A stretch of DNA of 64,000 bases, from positions 145,691 through 209,690 of the forward strand of contig JBPRGF010000029.1 in NCBI GenBank assembly GCA_051418015.1. The letters run 5' to 3'. Position numbers and translations under genes: made by a program. A model generated the notes under the pieces. That model worked only from the letters and a program-made list of their open reading frames with translations, made no database searches and was not told the DNA's origin. Shown here one piece after another: positions 38,929 through 50,455 of this stretch (its first letter is position 1; every line of letters starts with the position of its first letter). Origin of the DNA: Candidatus Nitrospinota bacterium M3_3B_026. GTDB lineage: Bacteria > Nitrospinota_A > UBA7883 > JBPRGF01.

Positions 38929-38984
38929 AAGCGGGCCGCCAAAAGCCCCGGCGGCGTTTGCGCGCGGGGATTTTCCGTTCATCA

Positions 38985-40115
38985 TCACACCGGCGCCATC
39001 CGCCCCAGGATCGCGCCGCCTTTTGCCCCGGTGATCGGCGAAAGGTCCAGCCTCACGCCCCTGTCGGCGTAGACCGCGAGGAGCGCCATCAGCGCCCCCT
39101 CGACCGCGAGGGGCGGCGCCCCCAGCGCTCCGGAGGGCGCTACGTCCACGCCGGAGGGCGCCAGCGCCCGCATCCTGCGGACAAGATGCCCGTTCTTCGC
39201 CCCGCCGCCGCAGAGGACGATCCTCCCCGGCCACCCCGCCCGGCGAAGCAGCCCGCTGACGTCGTTCATGACGGACCTGGCCGTAAGCTCCGCCAGCGTG
39301 GCGAGCAGGTCCTCCGCGCTCCCGGCCCAGCCGTCCAGACCCGCCCGGCGCCAGAAAGGCTCGCCGAAAGCCTCGCGCCCCGTCGATTTCGGCGGTCGGC
39401 GCCGAAAATATGGATCCGAGAGAGTCCCGCGCAGAAGTTTTTGATCCACCCTCCCGGCGGAGGCCAGCCTGCCGTTTTTGTCATACGGCCCGGCGCCGAA
39501 GCGGCGCGCCGCCATGTCCATGAGGATGTTTCCCGGCCCCGTGTCCCAAGCCAGAAGTTTTGAGAGCTCCCGCGCCCCCGCGGGGATATGAGTGACGTTG
39601 GCTATCCCGCCGATGTTCACCACGATGACGTCCATCCTCCGATCGCCGAACAGGGGCAGATGGACGATTGGAGCGAGCGGAGCGCCCTGCCCGCCACGGG
39701 CCACGTCGGCGGACCGGAAGTCGCTCCATGTCCTGACACCCGTTCGCGCGGCGATGACGGCGGCATCGCCCACCTGCAGCGTCGCCCCTCTCTCCGGCGC
39801 GTGGCGGACGGTCTGTCCGTGGGCGCCTATGAGGCCGACCTTTTTTCCCGCAAGCTCCGGCCTCGCCATAGCCTTAAGCGCCGCCCTGGCGAAAACCTCG
39901 CCCACACGGGCGTGGAGCAGGAGCAGGTCGTCAACTGTCCCCTCGCCGGGGGTGGCGGCGGCGGAAAGCATCCGCCTGACCCTCGGCGGATACGGCGTCT
40001 TCGCGCTGGCCAGGATTTTAAGACGCGGCTGTCCCGCTTTTATTTTTATATCGCAGGCCACGGCGTCCACCCCGTCCATCGACGTGCCGGACATCAGCCC
40101 CACGGCTATGGTCAT
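38985..40115 (-). CDS. anmK: Anhydro-N-acetylmuramic acid kinase
   Basis: GLMSGTSMDGVD, HGQT, DFR..D...GGQGAPL, NIGGIAN, DTGPGN, PKSTGRE. Confidence 0.95.
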   Translation of the reverse strand: MTIAVGLMSGTSMDGVDAVACDIKIKAGQPRLKILASAKTPYPPRVRRMLSAAATPGEGTVDDLLLLHARVGEVFARAALKAMARPELAGKKVGLIGAHGQTVRHAPERGATLQVGDAAVIAARTGVRTWSDFRSADVARGGQGAPLAPIVHLPLFGDRRMDVIVVNIGGIANVTHIPAGARELSKLLAWDTGPGNILMDMAARRFGAGPYDKNGRLASAGRVDQKLLRGTLSDPYFRRRPPKSTGREAFGEPFWRRAGLDGWAGSAEDLLATLAELTARSVMNDVSGLLRRAGWPGRIVLCGGGAKNGHLVRRMRALAPSGVDVAPSGALGAPPLAVEGALMALLAVYADRGVRLDLSPITGAKGGAILGRMAPV

Positions 40116-40233
40116 CTTTTTTTCTCCGGGTTTTTGCGCCAATGAAAGCCCCGCAAAATCATATCATTATGCGATATATCCTGCGGAATATCACGGGGTA
40201 CGGCCATGACCGGCAAAACTTTTCGCGCGGCGT

Positions 40234-41205
40234 TCAGCCCGCTTTCATGTCCACGACGATCTTGCCGCGCCCGCGCATGGTTTCGAGCCGCCGGTGGCCG
40301 TCGGGAATCTTCGCCAGGGGGATAACATCCTCCACCTGCGGCTTCAGGAAACCGCGCCACGCGAGGACGGCCAGCGCCTCCATGTGGGACCTTTTGTTTC
40401 TGACCAGCGTGAAATGAACCGCGGCGTTTTTGAGCCGGGCGGGGTTCAGGGCCGCCAGCGTCCTTTTCTCGCCGGCGGGGAAGGCGTTCAGGAAGGCCAT
40501 CCTCCCGAAAGGCTTTAAAAGGCCCAGGCAGTTGTCGAACCCCACGCCGCCGACGGTGTCGAAGGCCGCGTCCACGCCATGCCCGCCGGTCAGCTCCATC
40601 ACCGCCTCGGCGACGTCGATCCCCTCGTAGTCGATGACATGGTCCGCGCCGAGATTTTCCACGTAGCCGACGTTCCCCTCCGAGCAGACGCCGAGGACGC
40701 GGGCTCCCGCCCACGCGGCCATCTGGACCGCCAGCGAACCGACGCCCCCGGCGGCGCCGTAGACAAGGACGGTCTCCCCCATCTTGAGGCCGATCTGCTC
40801 GAAGAGGGCCTGCCAGGCCGTGGAGCCCGCCAGGGGCAGCGCGGCGGCTTCGACGCAGGACAGGTTCGCGGGCTTCTTGGCCACTATCTCCTGCCGGACA
40901 ACGTGATACTCGGCGTACGCGCCCTGCCGGGAAAGGTCGGCGAAGTAGAAGACCTCGTCGCCGGGTTTGAAATGGGCCACGCCCTCGGCGGCCTCCACTA
41001 CCACGCCGCAGACGTCGTAGCCGTAGATGGCGGGGTATGTTCTCTGCTGGGAGAGGTAGCCTGAGCGTATTTTGTAATCGACCGGGTTCAGGGCGCAGGC
41101 GGCCGTCTTGACGAGCAGCTCGCCGGGGCCGGGATCGGGTTTTTCAACCTCGGCGAGCCGCAGGACTTCCGCCCCGCCCGCCTTTTCCGCTATCATCGCT
41201 TTCAT
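40234..41205 (-). CDS. MDR-family (zeta-crystallin-like) NADPH:quinone oxidoreductase
   Basis: LNPVD.K, AAALPLAG.TAWQAL, GAAGGVG, GKIV. Confidence 0.88.
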   Translation of the reverse strand: MKAMIAEKAGGAEVLRLAEVEKPDPGPGELLVKTAACALNPVDYKIRSGYLSQQRTYPAIYGYDVCGVVVEAAEGVAHFKPGDEVFYFADLSRQGAYAEYHVVRQEIVAKKPANLSCVEAAALPLAGSTAWQALFEQIGLKMGETVLVYGAAGGVGSLAVQMAAWAGARVLGVCSEGNVGYVENLGADHVIDYEGIDVAEAVMELTGGHGVDAAFDTVGGVGFDNCLGLLKPFGRMAFLNAFPAGEKRTLAALNPARLKNAAVHFTLVRNKRSHMEALAVLAWRGFLKPQVEDVIPLAKIPDGHRRLETMRGRGKIVVDMKAG

Positions 41206-41475
41206 CGGCGTCTCTCCCGCGGTTTGCGCGCTGGAAAATTTTCGTGTTGAAAGGCATTATATGGCGAACGGGCGACAGACCGCCAGCCGAAGGAAGGGCG
41301 GCGATGGGTGATCCGGCGGCGGGGTTCACAGGGCGGATGGCGGTTGGCTCAAACCCCTGCCGTCCTGATCCGCCCGGCGAAGGACCTTGATCTCATCGCT
41401 GAGAACGAAAAAGACAAGGTTTCAACCCGGCGGCTCGGGATGCGGGTTCAGCATGAGATCAAAAAGAGACGAAAA

Positions 41476-42324
41476 ATGTCAAAAACGCTGCTTCTATTGG
41501 CGCTGATCGTCGTCCTGGCGGCGCTCTCGGCGAGGGCCTACGTCAAGATCATGGAGCCGCGATACCTTTTCCACCCGCGTACCGCCCTGGAGATGAACCC
41601 CGCGATGGCGGGGATGGAGTTCAGGGACGTCTATATAGAGTCCGGCGGGAACACCCTCCACGGCTGGTACATCCCCCACGACGACGCGGTCTGCTTCATC
41701 ATCTTCTACCACGGCAACGTGGGGAACATCGCCGACAGGATCGATTTTCTGAAAATCCTGAAAAACCTGCGGGCGCATGTCCTGATCTTCGACTACCGCG
41801 GCTATGGGATGAGCGAGGGCGTCCCGACCATAGAGGGGATCGAGGAGGACGCCGTGGCGGCGCTCGAATGGCTCACCATGAAGGTGGGCGCGCCCCGGGA
41901 GAGGGTGATACTGTGGGGCAAGTCCCTCGGCGGGGCGGCGGCCCTGGCGGCGGCGAGGCGATACCCGGACGTGGCGGGGGTGGTCGTGGAGTCCGCCTTC
42001 TCCACGTACCGGCGGCTGGCCCACGAGGTCGCCCCCCTCGCGCCGGTGGTCTTCATAACGGACGCCTTCAGGAACGAAGAGATACTCTCACGCATCAAAA
42101 CACCAAAACTCATCATCCACGGCCTGGCCGACGAGCTGATCCCCTTTCACCACGCTGAAAGGCTGTACGACAAGGCGGCGGAGCCGAAACGCATCCTGCC
42201 CGTCCGGGGCGCGGGCCACGGCGACACGCACACAAAAGGCGGACAGGCCTATCTGGACGCCGCCGGTCAATGGTTGATGGAAAGCCTCGCACGCGCCGCC
42301 AATAATTCCGGGCAGGATAAGTAA
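41476..42324 (+). CDS. Alpha/beta hydrolase (ABHD13/BEM46-like) with N-terminal anchor
   Basis: HGNVG, DYRGYG.S.G, GKSLGG nucleophile elbow, IHG..D..IP, GAGH. Confidence 0.88.
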   Translation: MSKTLLLLALIVVLAALSARAYVKIMEPRYLFHPRTALEMNPAMAGMEFRDVYIESGGNTLHGWYIPHDDAVCFIIFYHGNVGNIADRIDFLKILKNLRAHVLIFDYRGYGMSEGVPTIEGIEEDAVAALEWLTMKVGAPRERVILWGKSLGGAAALAAARRYPDVAGVVVESAFSTYRRLAHEVAPLAPVVFITDAFRNEEILSRIKTPKLIIHGLADELIPFHHAERLYDKAAEPKRILPVRGAGHGDTHTKGGQAYLDAAGQWLMESLARAANNSGQDK

Positions 42325-42346
42325 CTACCTGTTATGTCGATAGATA

Positions 42347-42528
42347 AATAATGCATATATTGCATTATTCAAGACCCGCCCTCGGTGGAAGCTCTGTGTG
42401 TGCTGGATTCTACGGGGAGCGCTCCCGGCGGCCTTCGGCCACTTTCAGAACTGGAACCGGAGATACTTCAATCACTGCAACAATGGGCCCTCGACGCGCC
42501 GGGGACATGGTGCAATATTTGAATTATT
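42347..42528. repeat. AT-rich hairpin / inverted-repeat-bounded small element
   Basis: Perfect hairpin AATAATGCA-tatat-TGCATTATT (42347-69) followed by CAAGACCCGCCC; 42348-64 matches the reverse complement of 42511-27 at 15/17 positions. Confidence 0.5.
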
Positions 42529-42562
42529 GTATAGGCCGCCCTGTTCCAGAGCGGCTCTTCGG

Positions 42563-42883
42563 CTATTTTTCCAGCCAGCGGTCTATGGCGGCGGAGCGTC
42601 TTTTGCGGATCATCTCTTCCCTGCTCGACTCCTTGATTCTCCGCAGATCCTCCTCCATATCCTTTTTCATATCGGCCGCCACCTTCTCTCTCGCGACCCT
42701 TCGCTGCTCCAGATTGGAGTAGTCATATTTTCCGGCTTGGGTGGTCTTTTCATCCTCCTGGGCCGGCGCGGCGGCCTGCTCCTCCTTTGGCGGCTCATCG
42801 GCGGCAAGAAAGAATACCGCGGCGCCGCCAGCCAGCCCAGCGGCGACCGATATCGAAAGCCCCAGCAAAAAGACCCTTTTCAT
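42563..42883 (-). CDS. Hypothetical protein with N-terminal signal/anchor
   Basis: MKRVFLLGLSISVAAGLAGG followed by a charged helical region. Confidence 0.6.
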   Translation of the reverse strand: MKRVFLLGLSISVAAGLAGGAAVFFLAADEPPKEEQAAAPAQEDEKTTQAGKYDYSNLEQRRVAREKVAADMKKDMEEDLRRIKESSREEMIRKRRSAAIDRWLEK

Positions 42884-43169
42884 CGCGAGAAATCTCCCGT
42901 CACAGCGTCCGAAGAAAGGACATTTATTGTTATATACGACAAAAATTGTACAAAATTTAATCAAAATGTGTGATCATGCCCGGCCCGCCTCCCCGGGCGC
43001 CGCGGCAACCGCCTGTAAAATCATGCGTTACACTAAGCCCCCAAATCGCGGAAAATGGCGCCGCCTTTGCTTGAAATCATTACAGTACAATAAAGGTGTA
43101 ATCGCCGGAGACCCCCAGGCCGATAAGATTACTAATGAAGCCGGAAACCACACAAGGAGGAGTGGAACA

Positions 43170-43553
43170 ATGGCTGAGAAGGGACGCGAAATCAAGAAGC
43201 TTTCGGAGGCCGTCGCCGAAGCGTTGAAAAACAACGAGAAAGTGATGTCCCTTATCGCCGAGCTCAAGGAGCGCGGTGTTGTGGACAGCGAAACGTTGCT
43301 GAGCCTTTACCTGAAGATCGGCGACCTGCTGGAGGTCTCTCTCACCACCGTATCCCGGGAGGAGCTGGAGAAGCTGAAAACCGGAAAGCAGGCCGCGCCG
43401 AAAAAGGCCGAGCCGCCCCGGGAGCCGGACGACGACATCCACGAGACCATCGACGGGCGGGACCTGAGCCGCAACGAGATAGCCTTCCAGGAGTGGACCG
43501 CCGAGCGGTTCAACGAGGGGAACTGGCTTAAAAAACGCCGCCTGATCTGGTAA
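43170..43553 (+). CDS. Hypothetical protein
   Basis: RBS AAGGAGGAG before ATG 43170; host-like codon usage. Confidence 0.7.
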   Translation: MAEKGREIKKLSEAVAEALKNNEKVMSLIAELKERGVVDSETLLSLYLKIGDLLEVSLTTVSREELEKLKTGKQAAPKKAEPPREPDDDIHETIDGRDLSRNEIAFQEWTAERFNEGNWLKKRRLIW

Positions 43554-43667
43554 GACAGGCGGCGCCGACGGCTCCGCGCGGCGTCACATGCCCGGCGCGC
43601 GGCTCTTCCCTGACGCCGTAGCGTAAAAAGTCAAAATACAAGACCTGACCCAGGCTCGCTCATATAG

Positions 43668-43925
43668 TCAAGTCCGGAAGGTTTTCGCCAACTTCCAAGA
43701 TGTTTCATTTGGCAGACGGCACTCCCAAAATATCCAACCGTTCACCGAGTTTCCGGTTACTTTGTTGGCTGCCGAGGAGAGCGAATAAAAAGTCTTTCCG
43801 TCAATAACCAAGCCACCTGATTCGACTATGCCGCTGATAGTTTCGCCTTTGTAATTCGACCGAAATTCAGTACCTTTGGGAAACGTCACTCCTTTTGTAG
43901 TCCAGCCATCTTGAGTTACCCCCAT
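43668..43925 (-). CDS. RAMA / DUF2924-like small domain, low GC, probably an N-terminally truncated remnant
   Basis: F.SLSSAA..VTG...NGW.FW pattern; visibly AT-richer than its flanks; in-frame TAG 15 codons upstream. Confidence 0.55.
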   Translation of the reverse strand: MGVTQDGWTTKGVTFPKGTEFRSNYKGETISGIVESGGLVIDGKTFYSLSSAANKVTGNSVNGWIFWECRLPNETSWKLAKTFRT

Positions 43926-44263
43926 ACAATTTCGCCAAGAGGGAAATTGGTGGGGGATGAAGCGGGGCTAAAGAATGGGAGCCGGGTCTTGTATGTTTCC
44001 GCTGGCCGGGGGTCTTCTCGACCCCGGCCTCTCCCCGCCACGGTTTTTATCCGCTATGCTCCCCACCGCCGAGACGCCGAGGGAGCCGAGGTTTCTTTTC
44101 AGGCTCCGCGCCCACCGCGCCTTCGCGGTTGAATCCTCCCGCGAAACGGGGTTAATACGCCGCCGCGCTTGACGTATAATCCCCCGTAGCAGGCGCCGCC
44201 CCGGCCTTTTCCGGCGGCGCGGGAGAGCGAATCGATCCGCGGTTTCAAATCGGGAGCAAAAAG

Positions 44264-45559
<1,296 letters not shown>

Positions 45560-45691
45560 GGGGCCCCCGGCCGTCCTGGCCCCGCCGCTTAAACATTTTG
45601 CATTCCTGCGCGAAATCTGTTATTTTTTCACGGTTACGGTAGAGTGGAACCGGGGAAAAAGATAAAACAGGTTTGAGAGGTGAAGGTCAAC

Positions 45692-45961
45692 ATGTCGATC
45701 ACGAAGGAGCGGAAGGACGAGATCATCAAGCGTTTCCGCGCCGATGACAAGGACACGGGCTCGCCGGAGGTGCAGATAGCCCTTTTGTCCGAGCGAATAA
45801 ACAGGCTTACCGAGCATTTCAGGACCCACAAGAAAGACCATCATTCAAGACGCGGCCTTCTTCAGCTCGTGAGCAAACGCCGCAGGCTGCTCGACTACGT
45901 CAAGAAAAAAGAGATAGACCGTTATAAAACCATCATAGAGGCGCTCGGCATACGCAGGTAG
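45692..45961 (+). CDS. rpsO: 30S ribosomal protein S15
   Basis: [16 protein letters not shown]...[11 protein letters not shown]; directly upstream of pnp. Confidence 0.97.
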   Translation: MSITKERKDEIIKRFRADDKDTGSPEVQIALLSERINRLTEHFRTHKKDHHSRRGLLQLVSKRRRLLDYVKKKEIDRYKTIIEALGIRR

Positions 45962-46097
45962 GATCCCTTCCATTTTTATGAAAAGCGCCGGCCAGCCGGG
46001 CGGCCCCGGGCCGCGAGGGCGTTCGTGACAAAGACATGGCTCGCGGCGCGGATCGCCGGGCGGCAATCCCACAGGCACAGGTAAAGGAAAAAGTAAG

Positions 46098-48305
46098 ATG
46101 CAGGCAGAAAGAATAGAGTTGCAAATCGGCGAGAAGACACTGTTCATAGAGTCCGGCGTTCTCGCCAAGCAGGCGGCCGGGGCGGCCGTGGTGGGGCTGG
46201 AGGACACGATAATACTCTCCGCGGCGTCGGCTTCCGACACGCCGCGGGAAGGGGTGGATTTTCTTCCCCTGACGGTGGACTACAGGGACAGGACGGCCGC
46301 GGCGGGCAGGATACCCGGCGGCTTTTTCAAACGCGAGGCGCGCCCCTCCGACAGGGAGACGCTGACCTCGCGGCTGGTGGACCGAAGCATCCGCCCCATG
46401 TTCCCGGAAGGATACTTCAACGAGACGCAGGTGATAATACACCCCCTCTCCTTCGACTACGAGAACGAGACGGCGGCCCTTTGCATAACCGGCGCCTCGA
46501 CGGCTCTCATGGTCTCCCATATGCCCTTCAGCACACCCATCTCCGGCGTGAGGATCGGCAGGGTGGACGGGGAGCTTGTGGTGAACCCCACCCTCTCCCA
46601 GATGGAGGAGTCGGACATAAACATGATGCTGGCGGGGACGGAGGAGTCCCTGGTCATGGTCGAGGGCGGCGGAAAGGAGATGTCCGAGGAGGACCTCGTC
46701 GCCGCGATGGAGTTCGGCCACGAGTGGATAAAGAAAATCTGCGCCATGCAGAAGGAGCTGGCGGAGAAGGTCGGCAAACCGAAAGAGCAGCCCCCCGCCA
46801 CGGGGAGGGACGAAAACCTCGAAGAGACCGTCCGGGAGAAGGTGGCCGGCAAGCTGCGCGAGGCGGTCCTGACTCCCGGCAAGATGGAGCGGTCGAAGGC
46901 CATCAAGTCCGTTCGCGACGAAGCCATAGAGCAGATCATGGCCGGCGTGGAGGACGAGGACAAAAAAGAGGCGTTAAAAGACGCTTTCGATACCGTCCGA
47001 AAAGAGTTCATCCGCGAGATGATCCTGAGCGAGGGTATCCGCGCCGACGGGCGCGGGCTGGAGGACATCCGCGAGATATCCATCGCCGTGGACGCCCTTC
47101 CCAGGACCCACGGCTCCGCCCTGTTCACCAGGGGGGAGACCCAGGCGCTGGTCACCACCACCCTGGGCACGGGCCAGGACGAGCTGATGCAGGAGCACCT
47201 GGAAGGGAGAAAAGTCCGCAGGTTCATGCTGCATTACAACTTCCCCCCCTTCTGCGTGGGCGAGGTGAAAAGGATCATGGGGCCGGGGCGCAGGGAGATA
47301 GGCCACGGGTCGCTTGCGGAGCGGGCCATAGAGCCGGTTCTGCCCTCGAGCGAGGAGTTTCCGTACACCATCCGCGTGGTCTCCGAAATACTCGAGTCCA
47401 ACGGCTCGTCGTCGATGGCTTCCGTATGCGGCGCGAGCCTGTGCCTGATGGACGCTGGAGTGCCCATAAAAGGCGCCGTGGCGGGTATCGCCATGGGGCT
47501 TGTCAAGGAGGGCGACAAGCTGGCCGTCCTCTCGGACATCCTGGGGCTCGAGGACGCTCTGGGCGACATGGACTTCAAGGTGGCCGGGACGAAAGAGGGG
47601 ATCACCGCCGTCCAGATGGACATCAAGCTCGAGGGCGGCCTTTCCGTGGAGATTCTCACCAAGGCTCTGGAGCAGGCCCGGCAGGGCAGGCTTTTCATCC
47701 TGGACAAGATGAACGAGGCAATCTCCGCCCCCAGGGCCGACCTCAACGCCAACGCCCCCCGCATCCACACCATAAGGATCAACCCCGAGAAGGTGGGCGA
47801 CCTGATCGGCCCCGGCGGGCGGGTGATCCGCGGGATAGTGGCGGAGACGGGATGCCAGATAGACATAGAGGACGGTGGGATCGTCAAGATAGCCTCCAAC
47901 AACGCCGAGCAGCTGAAAGACGCCATGGAGATCATCAACCACATCACCCAGGAGGCGATCATCGGCAAGATATACGTCGGCACGGTCAAGAAGATCGTCG
48001 ACTTCGGCGCTTTCGTGGAGATATTCCCCGGCACCGAGGGACTTTGCCACATAAGCGAGTTCGCGGCGCACAGGATACGCTCCGTGGAGGACGAGGTCTC
48101 CGTGGGTGACGAGATGCTGGTGAAGGTGATAGACATCGACCCCTCCGGCAAGATCCGCCTCTCCCGCAAGGAAGCGATGGGACACCACGAGGAGGGAGGC
48201 GCCGAGACGGAGGAACGCAAAGCGCGCGGTGGCGCCCCCGGCAAGAGGCCGAGGGGGAGAGAGTCCCGCGGCGGCGGCAGGGGCGCGGGGTCTTTCCGCC
48301 GCTAG
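46098..48305 (+). CDS. pnp: Polyribonucleotide nucleotidyltransferase
   Basis: DFLPLTVDY, RTHGSALFTRGETQ, RREIGHG, ESNGSSSMAS, GDMDFKVAG; KH and S1 domains. Confidence 0.98.
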   Translation: MQAERIELQIGEKTLFIESGVLAKQAAGAAVVGLEDTIILSAASASDTPREGVDFLPLTVDYRDRTAAAGRIPGGFFKREARPSDRETLTSRLVDRSIRPMFPEGYFNETQVIIHPLSFDYENETAALCITGASTALMVSHMPFSTPISGVRIGRVDGELVVNPTLSQMEESDINMMLAGTEESLVMVEGGGKEMSEEDLVAAMEFGHEWIKKICAMQKELAEKVGKPKEQPPATGRDENLEETVREKVAGKLREAVLTPGKMERSKAIKSVRDEAIEQIMAGVEDEDKKEALKDAFDTVRKEFIREMILSEGIRADGRGLEDIREISIAVDALPRTHGSALFTRGETQALVTTTLGTGQDELMQEHLEGRKVRRFMLHYNFPPFCVGEVKRIMGPGRREIGHGSLAERAIEPVLPSSEEFPYTIRVVSEILESNGSSSMASVCGASLCLMDAGVPIKGAVAGIAMGLVKEGDKLAVLSDILGLEDALGDMDFKVAGTKEGITAVQMDIKLEGGLSVEILTKALEQARQGRLFILDKMNEAISAPRADLNANAPRIHTIRINPEKVGDLIGPGGRVIRGIVAETGCQIDIEDGGIVKIASNNAEQLKDAMEIINHITQEAIIGKIYVGTVKKIVDFGAFVEIFPGTEGLCHISEFAAHRIRSVEDEVSVGDEMLVKVIDIDPSGKIRLSRKEAMGHHEEGGAETEERKARGGAPGKRPRGRESRGGGRGAGSFRR

Positions 48306-48427
48306 ATCAAAGGGTTTGCAAGCCGTCCCGGGAAGGGTTTCCCGGGGCTTCGGACTTTCTGGAGGCTCTCCGGCTGTATGGCCCCAGCGCAGCGGCGGCG
48401 GAGGTCTTTTCGGCTTTCTGGTAAACG

Positions 48428-49675
48428 GTGATCGAGACCACTTTACCCAACGGGACCCAGGTCGTCTGCGAGACCACGCCCTTTTTCCGCTCCGTCTCCT
48501 TCGGAGTCTGGGTCATCGCCGGGGCCAGGGACGAGGCGCCGGAGAAATCCGGCCTTTTCCACTTCCTCGAGCACATGGCCTTCAAGGGCGCGCCGGGGCG
48601 CGACGCGGCTGCCATCGCCGTGGAAATAGACGCCCTGGGCGGCAACATCGACGCTTTCACCTCCCGCGAGGTCACCTGTTTTTCCGGCCACGTCCTGGCG
48701 GACAGGCTGGACGGGGCCTTCGAGCTGGTTGCGGAGATGATGCTCAAGGGCGATTTCCCGGAAGAGGAGCTTTCCCGCGAGCGGAGGGTCATCCTGGAGG
48801 AGATACGGATGGGGGAGGACAACCCCTCCGACTATATCCATGACAAGCTGTACCCCGCCATGTGGGAGGGGCACCCGCTGGGAAGACCCATAACCGGCGA
48901 GTACGAGACCGTGAAAAAGCTGGAAAGGGACGACCTTCTGTCGGCCCGGGACAGGTTCTACCGCCCGCCGGGGATAGTCGTCACCGCCTGCGGCAGGATC
49001 CAGCCAAAGCGCCTCGTGGGGCTCGTTGAAAAACATTTTGGAGCCATAAAGCCCGGCGTGATGGACCGCGGTCTGAAACCGCCGGAGAACAGGGCGGGCG
49101 TGAACATCCTGAAAAGGCCGCTGGAGCAGACGAGCATAATAGCCGCCGTCCCCGCCCTGGCCATGAACGACCCCCGGCGCCACGCGCTCTATGTCCTGAA
49201 CATGGTCCTCGGCGGGAGCGTCTCCTCGCGCCTTTTCCAGAGAGCCAGGGAGGAGCGGGGGCTGGCCTATGCCATATACAGCTTCTACGACCAGTATGCC
49301 GACGGGGGGCTTTTCGGCGTCTACGCCGCCTGCGAGCCGGAGGCACTGGGGCCCTTGTGGGAGACGATCCGCGCCGAACTGGGCGCGATAGTGAACTCGC
49401 CCCCGACGGAGGCTGAGGTGGCGCGGGCGAAAACCATGGGAGCCGACAACCTCAGGATGTCGTTCGAGTCGCTGTCGTCGAGGATGTACCAGATGGCCCA
49501 GCAGAAGATTTACCACAAGCGCATCCTGTCGCTTCCCGAGATGATAAAAGAGCTGGACGCGGTGACCGCGGAGGACACAGCCGCGCTGGCCGAAGAGCTG
49601 CTAGGCGGGGAAAACTACACGATCCTGGCCCTGGGGCCAGTGACAGAGGAGAGCGAGAGGCGGATAAAAGGGTGA
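48428..49675 (+). CDS. M16 (pitrilysin-family) zinc peptidase
   Basis: HFLEHMAFKG (HxxEH), SSRLFQ..RE.RGLAY; conserved position after pnp. Confidence 0.92.
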   Translation: MIETTLPNGTQVVCETTPFFRSVSFGVWVIAGARDEAPEKSGLFHFLEHMAFKGAPGRDAAAIAVEIDALGGNIDAFTSREVTCFSGHVLADRLDGAFELVAEMMLKGDFPEEELSRERRVILEEIRMGEDNPSDYIHDKLYPAMWEGHPLGRPITGEYETVKKLERDDLLSARDRFYRPPGIVVTACGRIQPKRLVGLVEKHFGAIKPGVMDRGLKPPENRAGVNILKRPLEQTSIIAAVPALAMNDPRRHALYVLNMVLGGSVSSRLFQRAREERGLAYAIYSFYDQYADGGLFGVYAACEPEALGPLWETIRAELGAIVNSPPTEAEVARAKTMGADNLRMSFESLSSRMYQMAQQKIYHKRILSLPEMIKELDAVTAEDTAALAEELLGGENYTILALGPVTEESERRIKG

Positions 49676-49689
49676 TTTAAAAGGCGCTG

Positions 49690-50001
49690 TCAGGCCCCGC
49701 CCTTGATGATGTCCTCGATGATCTTGCCGGCGATCTGGTCGCCGCTCACATGATACTCGCCTCTTTCGATTTTCTCCCTTACGGCCTCCACCTTCTCCTT
49801 GCGGACATCGGGGGAGACGCGGACGCGCTCGCCCGCCTTGGCCACGTCCTTGGCCTGGCCGGACAGGGCCACCGTCTCCGAAACCCCGCCCCGCGAGCCG
49901 TCGGACTTCGCCGCTTTCCCCGGCGCCTGCTTACCGCTCTTGCGGAGATCTTCTATCTTTTTGTTTTGATTAATGTTAGGGTCAGGCCCGAATATCTTCA
50001 T
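49690..50001 (-). CDS. flgM: Anti-sigma-28 factor FlgM
   Basis: V.LS, VRKEKVE..REKIERGEY.V....IA.K C-terminal motif. Confidence 0.9.
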   Translation of the reverse strand: MKIFGPDPNINQNKKIEDLRKSGKQAPGKAAKSDGSRGGVSETVALSGQAKDVAKAGERVRVSPDVRKEKVEAVREKIERGEYHVSGDQIAGKIIEDIIKGGA

Positions 50002-50054
50002 AACGCCGACGCCTCCTCTCGGTGGACTTGTCCTGCCTGTTTATCCTTATTTCG

Positions 50055-50082
50055 TTATCGACATTCAGCCATGATCTCTTTA
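50055..50082 (-). promoter_or_regulatory. Sigma-28 (FliA) promoter of flgM
   Basis: Minus strand reads TAAA-N16-GTCGATAA, close to the TAAA-N15-GCCGATAA consensus. Confidence 0.75.
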
Positions 50083-50455
50083 GGTTTTTTTTGCCGAAAA
50101 ATCTCATTGATTCTACTCGGCTTCGCAAAAAACCTTTCCAGGGCGGCAAGGAAACCTTGCGCCGCCCGTTTAGCGGACTGTTTTTCAAACCTTTGCCGTC
50201 CTGAGGCGGCAGCCGGAGGAGCTTGCTTTTGTTTTGTTGCGGCAAAATCAAGGTCCATCACGCCGCGGCGAAGACGCCGCTCGCTCAGGACAGCGACAGC
50301 GACACAACCCGGCCCGCGCCACCCATGTCATGTATATCATACACCCGGATTTGTTAATAACCTCATTAAAATAATTGATTGGAATTTTTTCTGGGAGGCG
50401 CCTAGTATAAACCTTACAAACAGAAAACATCTCGACACTGGAAAAAACTCAGAAG

